From contig CAVTJJ010000005.1 in NCBI GenBank assembly GCA_963735035.1, positions 1 through 64,000 of the forward strand: a stretch of 64,000 nucleotides of DNA. The letters run 5' to 3'. The notes beneath the pieces are model-generated. The model saw only the letters and a list, made by a program, of their open reading frames with translations, was not told the DNA's origin and ran no database searches. A program made the position numbers and the translations under genes. This DNA is from an uncultured candidate division Zixibacteria bacterium. GTDB taxonomy: Bacteria > Zixibacteria > MSB-5A5 > GN15 > FEB-12. Below, one piece after another: positions 21,949 through 31,772 of this stretch (the first letter of the stretch is position 1; each line of letters starts with the position of its first letter).

Positions 21949-23472
21949 ATGGCTATTAAGTTGGATGGATCAGGACTGACGATTGACAAGCTGGTCGCAA
22001 TCGCCCGTCATGGCGAGAAAGTAGAATTGACTTCCGAAGCGGTCGCACGCATCAAGAAATGCCGGGGCATGCTGGAGAAGAAACTCGACGCTCACGAGAT
22101 CATGTACGGCGTCAATACCGGTATCGGCGAGTTCTCAGAAGTTGTTCTCAACGATGATCAGATTCAGCAATTCCAGAAATATTTGGTTTACAATCATTCG
22201 GCGGGGATCGGCGATCCGGCTCCTATTGAATATGTCCGTGGCGCCATGGCGGGGCGAATCAACGTCCATGCCCACGGCAATTCGGGGGTACGCCCTGAAG
22301 TTACACAGACGCTGGTGGAGATGCTCAACAAGGGGGTAACGCCATTTGTGTGCCAGAAAGGTTCGGTCGGGGCATGCGGTGACCTTGCGCCAATGTCACA
22401 AATCGCGCTGTTGCTGCTGGGTGAAGGGAAGGCGTACTACAAGGGTGAACTTCTGCCCGGCAAGACGGCTATGGAACGGGCCGGAATTCCGATCCCGGGC
22501 CTGAAAGCCCGCGACGGGCTCGCCACGATCAACGGATCGAATGTTCTCACGGCGATGAGCGCCATCTTCCTGTACGATTCATTTCGCTGGTTGAAGCAGG
22601 CCGAGATTGCGACCGCCATGTCGCTCGAAGCCCTCAAGGCCAACATGCGGCCGTATACGTCGAGACTGCACGAAGTGCGCGGATTCAAGGGTGCGATTCG
22701 TTCTGCTGAGTCGATCCGCAAAATGGTGGCCGGGGGCGACCTGGCGGAAGGACGGATCAAGTGCAAGGTGCAGGACGCCTACTCGATGCGGTCCACACCG
22801 CAGGTGATCGGCGCTGCCCGCGACGCTTGGGAGTATGCTCGGTCTCAGGTGGAAATTGAACTGAACGGCGTGGGCGACAACCCGATCTTCTTCCCCGACG
22901 ACAACACCCAACTCTCCGGCGCAAACTTTCAAGGCACGCCAGTGTCGCTACCGATGGACATGATGAGCGCGGCGATTACGATGGTTTCGGTTATGTCGGA
23001 ACGTCGCATGAATCGGTTGAACAACCCGGCGCTGTCGGTCGGCCTGCCGCCGTTTCTGACCAAAGGGGCAGGAATGTTCTCCGGTCTGATGTTGATTCAG
23101 TACACCGCCGACAGCCTGATAGTCGAGCAGAAGATTCTCTCAGCCCCGGCGTCGATTCAGTCGATCCCGGCGGCTGCGGATCAGGAAGATTTCGTCTCGA
23201 TGGGCATGAACACGGCGATCAAGAACATGCAGATTCTGGATAACGCCTACGGTGTGCTCGGGGTCGAGTTCATGGCGGCGGCCCAGGCGCTCGATTTCCG
23301 CGAGTACAAGTTCGGAGCGGGGACAATCAAGGCGCGAGAGGTGGTGCGCAAGTATGTCGATTTCCTCGAGATCGACCGGCCGCTCTATCCCGACCTGACG
23401 GCACTGCACGGTTTGGTGAAATCGGGTGAGATTCTCGACGAGGTCGAGAAGGTGGTGGGGAGTCTGGGGTAG
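21949..23472 (+). CDS. hutH: Histidine ammonia-lyase-like (HAL/PAL/TAL family)
   Basis: YGVNTG.G, GSVGACGDLAP, NG, VQDAYSMR..PQV.GA, DNP, GANF, QEDFVSMG. Confidence 0.8.
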   Translation: MAIKLDGSGLTIDKLVAIARHGEKVELTSEAVARIKKCRGMLEKKLDAHEIMYGVNTGIGEFSEVVLNDDQIQQFQKYLVYNHSAGIGDPAPIEYVRGAMAGRINVHAHGNSGVRPEVTQTLVEMLNKGVTPFVCQKGSVGACGDLAPMSQIALLLLGEGKAYYKGELLPGKTAMERAGIPIPGLKARDGLATINGSNVLTAMSAIFLYDSFRWLKQAEIATAMSLEALKANMRPYTSRLHEVRGFKGAIRSAESIRKMVAGGDLAEGRIKCKVQDAYSMRSTPQVIGAARDAWEYARSQVEIELNGVGDNPIFFPDDNTQLSGANFQGTPVSLPMDMMSAAITMVSVMSERRMNRLNNPALSVGLPPFLTKGAGMFSGLMLIQYTADSLIVEQKILSAPASIQSIPAAADQEDFVSMGMNTAIKNMQILDNAYGVLGVEFMAAAQALDFREYKFGAGTIKAREVVRKYVDFLEIDRPLYPDLTALHGLVKSGEILDEVEKVVGSLG

Positions 23473-23782
23473 ACTTGTAGGTCAGGCCTACTCGGGGCCT
23501 GACACTTTCGCCTCCTCAGGCGTCAAGTCCGCCTGACCTACGAACTATTGTGCCGGGCACGGATCGGGTGTTTCGTGGTTGGCGGACATCCTCGTCCGCC
23601 AACGTAGAAGTGTAGGGCGGGTTTGCTTCAAACCCGTCTTCCGGTACGGAAATAGCGGTCAAATGCCCCGAGATCGCCACTTGGATCCTTATCAAATGTT
23701 AAGGGTGTGAACACGCCATATCGGTCGGTCGTCTTGTGGGAGTGCATCGAGAACAGATACAACTATCCAAGAGGTGACATCC

Positions 23783-24331
23783 ATGAAAGCACGAGCAGCG
23801 GCGATAATTATCGCATTGGCACTAGTAATTGGAGGTAATCTGGTGGCAGGTACGACTGACATCGAAGCTGAGAAGGTGGCCATCGAAAAGACCATCAACG
23901 ATTGCATCATGTGGCCGTTCCCCGCGAAGAACGTCGATCGACTCCTTAGCTCACTAAAGCAGGATTCATCGTTTCTTATGTTGATGCCCGACGCACGGGA
24001 AACGATGCGCAGCTACGCCGATTTCAAAGTGATGATAGACAACGTCTACATGAATCCGAAGCTCCAGCCGATCAAGTCCGTTCTCAGGGACATGAGGATT
24101 CAGCTTTCCAAGTCGGGCGACGTTGCCTGGTTCTACTGCCTGCTGGACGACTATGGTCACTGGGAAGACCAGTACTGGGTCTGGCTGAATTCTCGATGGA
24201 CGGGGGTACTTGAGAAGATTGACGGGAAATGGAAGCTCGTTCAGATGCATTTCTCTATTCCGACCGACAACGACCCTGCTGCCGTGGCGAAGGCGGTAGA
24301 TTCGCTGAAGGCGGCAAACGTCAAGAAGTAG
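23783..24331 (+). CDS. Exported SnoaL/NTF2-like protein
   Basis: Signal peptide; S.SGDVAW...RWTGVLEK.DGKWKLVQMHFS. Confidence 0.8.
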   Translation: MKARAAAIIIALALVIGGNLVAGTTDIEAEKVAIEKTINDCIMWPFPAKNVDRLLSSLKQDSSFLMLMPDARETMRSYADFKVMIDNVYMNPKLQPIKSVLRDMRIQLSKSGDVAWFYCLLDDYGHWEDQYWVWLNSRWTGVLEKIDGKWKLVQMHFSIPTDNDPAAVAKAVDSLKAANVKK

Positions 24332-24440
24332 ACTTGTTCTGGCTGGTCGTGTGAGAAATGTGGGGCGGGTCCGTCTTCGAACCCGCCCTTCTGCTATTGT
24401 CGTAACTGCGGCGACGGGAGTGTTGAAGAAGTCCCCTCCC

Positions 24441-24571
24441 CGTCATCGCGAGTCTCGACCGCGCTTCGCGGGGGAGACGTGGCGATCTCAAATGGCACTG
24501 CCGCAACGATTGTGAGATTGCCGCGCTACGCTGTCCCGCCTGGCGGCGGGCCATCTCCGCTCGCAATGACG
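24441..24571. repeat. Paired-arm CGTC-type element without cassette
   Basis: CGTCATCGCGAG...GGCGATCTC, 24-nt spacer, GAGATTGCC...CTCGCAATGACG; near reverse complement of 60512-60642. Confidence 0.85.
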
Positions 24572-24635
24572 ATTAGACAGGCTTCTTCAACAGGCCCCGA
24601 CGCAGGGGTGACGGACCTGCGTCCGTCTTCTATTG

Positions 24636-25619
24636 TTACTGCTTCAGAATCTTATCAATCACTTCGGGTTTGTTCGGAAGAAGCTCGGTACCTACCAGGC
24701 GCTGAATCACTGTTCGCCAGACCGGTTCTCTCTGGAAGACCTGTTTGAACAAAGGGAGTGCCCGATCCACTTGATCAAGGCCGACCAGGTTGAGGGCCTG
24801 CCAGAATGGAATTTCGACATTCTCGGGATAGAGCGCCGCCGCTTCGGCATAAGCCGCCATAGCTTCGTCGAACTTGCCCGCCGTCGCTAAGGCGTCACCT
24901 TCCTGGGACCTGTTCGCGGAGCGAGTGATGTTGAGTAGTCGCTTTAGATCGGCAATGGGCTGTGGCGAGTCATCAACTCGAATGTCAACTATGACGTCAC
25001 GACGAGGATCACCGGTAGGTTTGGCAGTTACGACTATCATGGCGGCGGACTGCATGCCTCTGAGGTCACCACCCTCGGCCTGGGCGGCGTCAAGCGCGGC
25101 CATCATGCGGGTAGCGAGATCGCCGGTGGTTTTCTCAAAGGCGTTTGCCATGGCGTCCCACACCGTATTCTTAGCCATAAGGCTGGCCTGGACGGCATAG
25201 CACGAGCCCTTGCGCCCGCCCCCCTCTACTAAGCACTTGGCCCCGGTGTGAGTGGCCGAACCGCCTCGTATATCAACCATGCCTACCTGGCGATAGTCGG
25301 GGTACTTGTCGGAGGCCAGAACACCGGCCAGCGCCTGTTCTGCGGATTTCCCAGTTCTCATCATCTCGATGCCGAGGACGGCATAGCGATAGTCCGCAAA
25401 AGACTGCGTGGCGACCGCGCCTACACCAGGTTCTGCAGAGATTACTTCGACGGCGCGAAAAGCGTGCGATTGCACCGCCGCGCCGATCTGTCCCGAGGCC
25501 GAATCGTAGCAGACGATCGAGAAGGTGTGAGTGGGGGGCAAGTGCAGACGGTCGGTCTGCTCCTGTGCCATCGCCGTGCCAGTGGCCAGCACGAGGGCCA
25601 GGGTGAGTATCTTCTTCAT
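24636..25619 (-). CDS. DUF1028 (Ntn-hydrolase-like) protein with C-terminal TPR, paralog 1
   Basis: Signal peptide; HTFSIV, GVGAVATQS, GGDLRG.QSAA, DIRVDD. Confidence 0.85.
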   Translation of the reverse strand: MKKILTLALVLATGTAMAQEQTDRLHLPPTHTFSIVCYDSASGQIGAAVQSHAFRAVEVISAEPGVGAVATQSFADYRYAVLGIEMMRTGKSAEQALAGVLASDKYPDYRQVGMVDIRGGSATHTGAKCLVEGGGRKGSCYAVQASLMAKNTVWDAMANAFEKTTGDLATRMMAALDAAQAEGGDLRGMQSAAMIVVTAKPTGDPRRDVIVDIRVDDSPQPIADLKRLLNITRSANRSQEGDALATAGKFDEAMAAYAEAAALYPENVEIPFWQALNLVGLDQVDRALPLFKQVFQREPVWRTVIQRLVGTELLPNKPEVIDKILKQ

Positions 25620-25894
25620 GGTAAGTCCTCCAAAGATGCCCGCCGAAGTCGAACTTCCTGTTCGACCACAGCGTGTATGAATAGTGTCGAATTTGTCATT
25701 CCTGGCACCCAAATGGGTGGCGGCCGATATCGGCGTAGCCAGACTCAGGACGAGCGAGAGCCCGGGTCTGTTTGGTCTCGGTACGGCACAATCGTTGGTG
25801 AATCAGTGCAGAACCGGCAGATGTGGGTCCGTAGCGGCAGACCGAGTACAGATCAGGTGTAGGGCGGGTGTGTCTCAAAACCGCCCCACGTAAC

Positions 25895-27070
25895 TCATTC
25901 GTAGTACAGTAGATGCTTGAGCTGGCCGACTGTTGGGCCGTGCGCCAGATTGCCGTAGAGTAGGCAGACTGAGATGGCGTTGCCCGACAGATCTGATCCG
26001 CCCTCGGTGCCGTACTTAAGCCAGTTGTACTTCCCCTGTAAGCCGATGTATCTGGTTCGGGTCTTGTTGATGAAGATTCTCGGGGTGATACTGATGTTCA
26101 GATTGGCTGTCTTGACGGTCTTGCGATAATTCTTATCGGAGTTGAACGCTTCGAACCCATCCCATCCAACACCTCCGAGCAAATCAATGGCGATGCGATT
26201 GCCGCGGATGCACTCGTACCCGCCTTCGAAGCCGAAGTATCCTCCGGAGAAATATTCTGTGATCTTTGCTTTGCCGTTGACACCTACCTCGTAAGGTTCC
26301 GCCGAGTTGAGGAATCGGAACGCACCAACGAGATCAGCGATGTAACGATGCTTGTGGATGCCGGCGCGACCGACTATTTCCATCTTATTGCCCAGCTGAC
26401 CCGCCGCAGACTGTGGAGACCAGACTCCAACTCCGAGCGCCCAGTGACCCAGAACCCCGGTTTTAAGGCGTTGTTCCAAACTGTCAACTCGGTTCTGGTA
26501 GGCCAGACCCAGGCAGGTTTGGGCGTAATCGCCGCTCTTAAGGTGTTCAAGAATGTATTGGTCATCTCCCTTGATGTGTTTGCAGTAGACGTGGGCAAGG
26601 GAGAGGGGATCGGTAGTTTCAGACAGGCTGGTCGCAAGGCTTTGAACCAAACTCTCGAACCTGGATGCGTCTGGTTCGCAGACTCTGGAACTCATCCCTC
26701 TCATAAGGAAATCATCGAAAGGGAAACTGTAGTAATAACGCCAGCCGAGGATTCCGTCGATGAACTCGATTCCACACAGGGGATCATTGAACGTATTGGC
26801 CTCAATGGCCAGCAGTTTCTTGAAGGGCTCGAACTCGAATGCACAGTTGGAGCAGGCGCTGTCTAGAAAATTCAAGACGGCGTCGATCGAGTCCATTTTG
26901 CCCGATTCGTAATATCCGGGGATCAAGCGCTTGGCGTTCAGAATGTAGGTGGGGCAGTCGGTCGGCCTATCTCTGGTAAGAAGCCTGAATATGGTACTGT
27001 CAGTCTGGGCGGAAACAGCTCCGGCGAGCAAGAGGGCGGCGATCAGTGGAACAGACATGCGACGGATCAT
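25895..27070 (-). CDS. Exported hypothetical protein, C-terminal half beta-barrel-like
   Basis: Signal peptide; Cys-containing helical N-half; alternating aromatic/Gly strands in the C-half. Confidence 0.6.
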   Translation of the reverse strand: MIRRMSVPLIAALLLAGAVSAQTDSTIFRLLTRDRPTDCPTYILNAKRLIPGYYESGKMDSIDAVLNFLDSACSNCAFEFEPFKKLLAIEANTFNDPLCGIEFIDGILGWRYYYSFPFDDFLMRGMSSRVCEPDASRFESLVQSLATSLSETTDPLSLAHVYCKHIKGDDQYILEHLKSGDYAQTCLGLAYQNRVDSLEQRLKTGVLGHWALGVGVWSPQSAAGQLGNKMEIVGRAGIHKHRYIADLVGAFRFLNSAEPYEVGVNGKAKITEYFSGGYFGFEGGYECIRGNRIAIDLLGGVGWDGFEAFNSDKNYRKTVKTANLNISITPRIFINKTRTRYIGLQGKYNWLKYGTEGGSDLSGNAISVCLLYGNLAHGPTVGQLKHLLYYE

Positions 27071-27234
27071 GTGTGATACCTCCGAATGTTATACATCAGA
27101 CAACCTCCAAAAGACTGACGCATGGGCGCAAGAAATGTTTAGATGATCGATGTATTGTGAGGTCCGGTGCGGCGGGCACGGAGGCCTGCCGAGCAAGATT
27201 TCAACCGTGTCAGGTTTCAAGTCCGCTTGACCTA

Positions 27235-28230
27235 CTACTGTTTGAGAATCTTTTCGATTAGCGCAGGGTCGTTCGGTAGCAACTCGGGCTTTACCAGGCG
27301 GGGGACAAGCTCGCGCCAGATCGGGGCCTTCGCAAAGACTTCTTTGAAGATCGGCAGCGACTTTTCCACCTGGCCGTTGTAGGCGAGTGTTACAGCATGC
27401 CAGAACAGGATCTCGACATTGTCCGGTTGAAGGCGAGCCGCCTCAGAGTAGGCCGCTTCGGCCTCGTCGAATTTCTGTAGTGTGACGAAATTGTCACCCT
27501 CGTCCATCTTCGCATAAGCGCGGGTGATATTGAGCAGTCGGCGGAGTTCCGGCAGCGGCTCGGGGGAGTCATCGACTCTGATATCAACAATCTTGTCCTG
27601 CCAGGGGAGGCCCGACGGTTTCGCGGCAACCACGATCATAGCCGCCGACTGTCTACCACGGATGTCGCCGCCTTCGGCCTGAGCAGCTTCGAGTGCAGCC
27701 ATCATTCGGGTAGCCAGATCGCCGGATGTGGTCTCAAAGGCTTTCGCCATGGCATCCCAGACGGTGTTCTTGTACATCAGATTGGCCTGCACCGAATAGT
27801 TCGGCCCGGTGTGATGTCCGGCCTCGGCTATGCACTTGCTGCCCGTGTGCACAACGACGCCGCCATGAGTGTCGATCATGCCCACCTGACGGACGGCTTC
27901 GCCGGGGTCGCTGGCGAGTAACCCGGCCAGCGTCTCCTGAGCGGTCTTGCCGGTGCGCATCATTTCGAGACCGAGCAGACCGTAACGATAGTCCGAAAAC
28001 GATTGAGTGGCGATGGCGCCGACACCAGGTTCGGCCCAGATGACGTTGGCCACTTTGAAATAGTGTGACTGCACCGCCGCCCCGAACTGTCCGGTGGTGG
28101 AATCATAGCATACGATTGAAAAGGTATGTACCGGACGAAGTGGCGAAGGTTCGGTTGGCGTTTGAGTTTGCGCCGAGACTGCGCTCCCAATGAATGAGCT
28201 GATAACTAACACGGCAAGTATCCTGTTCAT
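27235..28230 (-). CDS. DUF1028 (Ntn-hydrolase-like) protein with C-terminal TPR, paralog 2
   Basis: Same motifs and same ending (KILKQ) as 24636-25619. Confidence 0.85.
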   Translation of the reverse strand: MNRILAVLVISSFIGSAVSAQTQTPTEPSPLRPVHTFSIVCYDSTTGQFGAAVQSHYFKVANVIWAEPGVGAIATQSFSDYRYGLLGLEMMRTGKTAQETLAGLLASDPGEAVRQVGMIDTHGGVVVHTGSKCIAEAGHHTGPNYSVQANLMYKNTVWDAMAKAFETTSGDLATRMMAALEAAQAEGGDIRGRQSAAMIVVAAKPSGLPWQDKIVDIRVDDSPEPLPELRRLLNITRAYAKMDEGDNFVTLQKFDEAEAAYSEAARLQPDNVEILFWHAVTLAYNGQVEKSLPIFKEVFAKAPIWRELVPRLVKPELLPNDPALIEKILKQ

Positions 28231-28258
28231 AGTCGTTTCTCCGATACAATTTTGGTCC

Positions 28259-28342
28259 TGTAGGGCGGGTTTGAGGCAAACCCGCCCTACTATCTTTCCT
28301 GCGTTGAGCTAACGGCGGGCAGGCGAAGCGGACCCGCCCTAC
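28259..28342. repeat. Inverted pair of GTAG-type REP-like palindromes
   Basis: TGTAGGGCGGGTTTG...CAAACCCGCCCTAC and GGCGGG...CCCGCCCTAC. Confidence 0.75.
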
Positions 28343-28347
28343 CTAAC

Positions 28348-29088
28348 TCAGCTATCATTCTTGTGATCGTCCAACATCCGTTTGATCTCGTCTTCACCGA
28401 GTGGAGTCTTCTCTTTGACTCTGAGGCTGTCCGCCCATTCCCGAGCGAAATCGCGCTGGAGATACATGTTTATACCGGCCGTCACGAGCATGGCCACCAA
28501 CGCCCCGAGAGATGCCATTAGCATATCCTTTTGTGCATCCCATATGTCGCCCTGGGTGCCTAAGTAAGCGACTCCCAAACCGCCGCCGAAAAACTCGGCC
28601 GCTAGCCATTCGAACAGCTCAAAGAGCATCGATGTGGCCATCGTAAATTCCAGCGGGAGAAAGTATCCCCAGAAACCCCGCGCCTGAGCGACGCGATGGA
28701 AGAGTTCGCGGATAGGATAGGCCAGGAGCAGCCCGTAGGAGAAATGAACTACCCGGTCGAAATTGTTGCGCTCCCAACCCACAAGCGAATTGAGCGTCCG
28801 CCCGAACACCGCCTCAAACCAGCGGTCGTAGGGGACCTCCGCGTAAGTGTAGTGAGCGCCGACTTCGTGAAGACAGAGAAAGACGAACAGCAGAGTATAC
28901 GAGAGGCGGGAAAGGGGGAACCGTCGGGCGGTCAGAACGAGATAGATTACGGCGACCACGGCAATGAGGTTTTCGAGGGCCCAATCCTTGCGGTCGGAGG
29001 GGTTGATGGCGAGAAAGATCCACCAAACCAGGAAAATGGCGCCCAGGATGAGGGCGTAGCGGCGATGTTCGTGACCCGTCTTTTTCAT
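28348..29088 (-). CDS. DUF2238/YjdF family membrane protein
   Basis: DWALEN, GAHYTYAEVP, RNNFDRVVHF, YLGTQGDIWDAQKDM. Confidence 0.9.
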   Translation of the reverse strand: MKKTGHEHRRYALILGAIFLVWWIFLAINPSDRKDWALENLIAVVAVIYLVLTARRFPLSRLSYTLLFVFLCLHEVGAHYTYAEVPYDRWFEAVFGRTLNSLVGWERNNFDRVVHFSYGLLLAYPIRELFHRVAQARGFWGYFLPLEFTMATSMLFELFEWLAAEFFGGGLGVAYLGTQGDIWDAQKDMLMASLGALVAMLVTAGINMYLQRDFAREWADSLRVKEKTPLGEDEIKRMLDDHKNDS

Positions 29089-29182
29089 TTGACCTAAGGC
29101 CAACCAAATAAATAACTTACCGGCACGCAACCAGAAAGAAAGCGGATCGTATTAACCTTGAATATTCCCCGGATCGGCCGGT

Positions 29183-29752
29183 ATGACTTCTAAGAAGGAT
29201 GTAGAATCGATGGAATCCGATTCCGCTCTGGTTATGAGTATAGGAACTGGCGACAAGACCGCTTTCCGTGATCTCGTAGAACGGCACAAGAAGTCGGCCT
29301 ACAGCATCGCGCTCGGGCTGGTCGGCAACAGGGACGATGCCTACGATATCTCGCAGGAGGCGTTTCTGCGCGTGTATCGCTCGGCCAAGACCTACGACAA
29401 GAGTCAGCCCTTTCAACCCTGGTTTTACACGATCATCGCGAATCTCAGCCGCACCTGGCTGAAGCGTCGCACCACCCGGGATAACCGGATGGTCGATCTC
29501 GATGATGCGTCGTATCTGCTCGTCAGCGATGATGACCCCGAGGTGACCATGGTCCGTAAGGAACAGGTGACCCGGCTGCGCGAGGCGCTGAAACAGCTAA
29601 CATTTGATGACCGCGAGATTATTACGCTTCAGCATTTTCGCAACATGTCATACGACGAGATTGCGGACCTGCTGGATATCCCCCGAGGGACGGTTATGTC
29701 GCGGCTCTACTATGCGCGGAAACGGTTGGCCAAGCTTATGGGGACCGTGTGA
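29183..29752 (+). CDS. ECF RNA polymerase sigma factor (start may be 29210)
   Basis: DAYDISQEAFLRVY, PWFYTI..N, MSYDEIA....IPRGTVMSRLYYAR. Confidence 0.93.
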   Translation: MTSKKDVESMESDSALVMSIGTGDKTAFRDLVERHKKSAYSIALGLVGNRDDAYDISQEAFLRVYRSAKTYDKSQPFQPWFYTIIANLSRTWLKRRTTRDNRMVDLDDASYLLVSDDDPEVTMVRKEQVTRLREALKQLTFDDREIITLQHFRNMSYDEIADLLDIPRGTVMSRLYYARKRLAKLMGTV

Positions 29753-30195
29753 TGATAGAAAGATATCGTGAACTGCTGGCAGGGTATGTCGACGGTGAAT
29801 TGACCGACGACGAACGACTCGATTTCGAGCGCGAACTGTCCCACTCCGCCGAGCTTCGCTCCGAGCTGCAGGAGTTCATGCAACTCAAAGAGGTGACCGA
29901 CGTGATGCGCTATGCCGACATCCCGGACCAAGTCTGGGATTCTTACTGGGAATCGATGTACAAAAAGACCGAACGGGGTCTGGGCTGGATTTTCTTTTCG
30001 GTCGGGGCGATTCTGGTGATTGCTTTCGGACTGTATCAGGCGTTTCATAAGTTGTTTACCGATCCGACCGCGCCGCTCTGGCTTCAGATCGGTCTGCCCC
30101 TGGCCACGCTGGGGCTGGCCATTCTACTGGTGTCGTACATCAGAGAGCGGATTTTCGCCTGGAGAAGAGAACGATATTCGGAGGTTGAGAAGTGA
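29749..30195 (+). CDS. Putative membrane anti-sigma factor
   Basis: LL.GY.DGEL...E...FE N-terminus, two TM helices, overlaps the sigma gene. Confidence 0.75.
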   Translation: MMIERYRELLAGYVDGELTDDERLDFERELSHSAELRSELQEFMQLKEVTDVMRYADIPDQVWDSYWESMYKKTERGLGWIFFSVGAILVIAFGLYQAFHKLFTDPTAPLWLQIGLPLATLGLAILLVSYIRERIFAWRRERYSEVEK

Positions 30196-30512
30196 TCATA
30201 ACCACATCGGAGAACATTGTCGGGAAGAGGATAGTCCGGACGATTGGGCTGGCCAAGGGGAACACGATTCGGACCCGTCACGTCGGGCAAGGTCTGGCAG
30301 CGTTTGTCCGGAGTCTGGTGGGTGGCGAGGTCACTAACTATACCAAGTTGCTGGCAGAAGCGCGTGAACAGGCGATTGACCGAATGGTCGAGGATGCGCG
30401 CGCGATGGGTGGGAACGCCGTGGTGATGTGTCGTTTCTCGACCGCTGAGATCATGCAAGGCGCCGCGGAGATTATTGCTTTCGGCACCGCGGTTGTGGTG
30501 GAGGAGGAGTAG
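30192..30512 (+). CDS. YbjQ/UPF0145 family protein
   Basis: IITT...I.G..I...G...G; GGE...Y..LL..AR..A..RM...A...G.NAV; AFGTAV. Confidence 0.9.
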   Translation: MIITTSENIVGKRIVRTIGLAKGNTIRTRHVGQGLAAFVRSLVGGEVTNYTKLLAEAREQAIDRMVEDARAMGGNAVVMCRFSTAEIMQGAAEIIAFGTAVVVEEE

Positions 30513-30539
30513 GGGGGCGGGGGAAGGCAAGAAGGCAGA

Positions 30540-31214
30540 TCATTTTTCGGTGTCTTCCTTTGACTGCTGATCCACCCAAGTCTTGCCCTTCAATTCATCC
30601 AGCAACTGCTGTAATGATACTTTCGCTTGACCCGCCGCAGAAGGAACTAGCCAATCAAATTTCTCCATGGATGGATTTGCACTATCCGCAATCCCCATGA
30701 GTGTCGATAGAGACCCGCTGGTATGCTGAATCGTGGCCAGAGTCTTGGCATCAAACGCAGAGGGTATCGAGACGGTAACGCGTTGCTCGGACTTCGATGC
30801 CAACTCTTTGACCTGTCTTTCTAGGTTTGAAAGGTTCATCTGTAGATTCTCTTTCTCCTTCTTCAGCGACGCCATCTTCAGAGAATCCTGACTTCCCTGC
30901 TGCTGAGCCTCCTGAATCAGACACTCCAACTCTTCGACTCGATTATGGGCCCCCTTCAGCTGCTCTTTGAGGTGTTCAATGTACTCTTCAAGCTGCAACT
31001 TAACACTTTCAAAATACTCACGGATGCGCATCGGCGTCAATTCCCGAAGATTGTCAACCTGTTGATGGAGCGATGCTATCTGTGCGTCCTTAGCCTCGAC
31101 CAATTTCTCTTGTGCCTTCTGATGTTCTTTACCCCACCAGAGCTTTGCTGCCCAAGCCAGCGCTGCTGCGAGTGCACTTGCCAAGGCTGACAAGCCGTAG
31201 ATCCACTCTACCAT
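30540..31214 (-). CDS. Hypothetical protein: N-terminal TM helix and long coiled coil
   Basis: 224-aa ORF with Q/E/K/L-rich heptads; appears more AT-rich than neighbours. Confidence 0.65.
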   Translation of the reverse strand: MVEWIYGLSALASALAAALAWAAKLWWGKEHQKAQEKLVEAKDAQIASLHQQVDNLRELTPMRIREYFESVKLQLEEYIEHLKEQLKGAHNRVEELECLIQEAQQQGSQDSLKMASLKKEKENLQMNLSNLERQVKELASKSEQRVTVSIPSAFDAKTLATIQHTSGSLSTLMGIADSANPSMEKFDWLVPSAAGQAKVSLQQLLDELKGKTWVDQQSKEDTEK

Positions 31215-31390
31215 ATTTCCTCTGATCTTACATTACCGAATGTTTCCGACACCTCAAGGTGCTCAATTAAGGACAGACGTCAAACATAGACTACGGCGCG
31301 TTGCACACGAACGCAACTGGTATTTCAGTCTCAAGCCGTCAGTTCATTATTTGCGGCCTCTTTAGAAGGAAACACCGATCGTGGATATAC

Positions 31391-31420
31391 CTGTCTTGCC
31401 CCGCTTCAGGCGGGGCATCC
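31391..31420 (+). repeat. Left palindromic flank of the GIY-YIG gene
   Basis: CTGTCTTGCCCCGCTTCAGGCGGGGCATCC, 29/30 reverse complement of 31773-31802. Confidence 0.92.
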
Positions 31421-31426
31421 AGTCTG

Positions 31427-31711
31427 TCACGCGATCTCTGAATAGAGATCGCGCCATTGCGGATTGGACTCCTCTATGAGCCGTATCTTCCAGACGCGCT
31501 TCCATTTCTTCAGCCGCTGCTCGCGCCGGATTGCCTCGTACATGTCATTGAATACCTCGTAATGGACCAGCATGTGAACCTTATACCGTGAAGTGAAACC
31601 GTCAATGAAGTCGTTCCGGTGCTCATAAACGCGCCGCAAGAGGTCGTTCGTGACTCCAATATAGAGAGTGCCGTTTTTGGCACTAGCGAGGATGTAGACA
31701 AAGGCGGTCAT
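31427..31711 (-). CDS. Small stand-alone GIY-YIG nuclease
   Basis: FVYILAS..NGTLYIGVT.DL.RRV.EH...FT.RY.V..LVHYE...AI.RE..LKKW.R.WK..LIE..NP.W.DL. Confidence 0.93.
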   Translation of the reverse strand: MTAFVYILASAKNGTLYIGVTNDLLRRVYEHRNDFIDGFTSRYKVHMLVHYEVFNDMYEAIRREQRLKKWKRVWKIRLIEESNPQWRDLYSEIA

Positions 31712-31772
31712 GGAATATAGAGTAGGTGTATTCACTGACAGGGGCTGTCAGCGAATATTGTAATCTGAAGAT

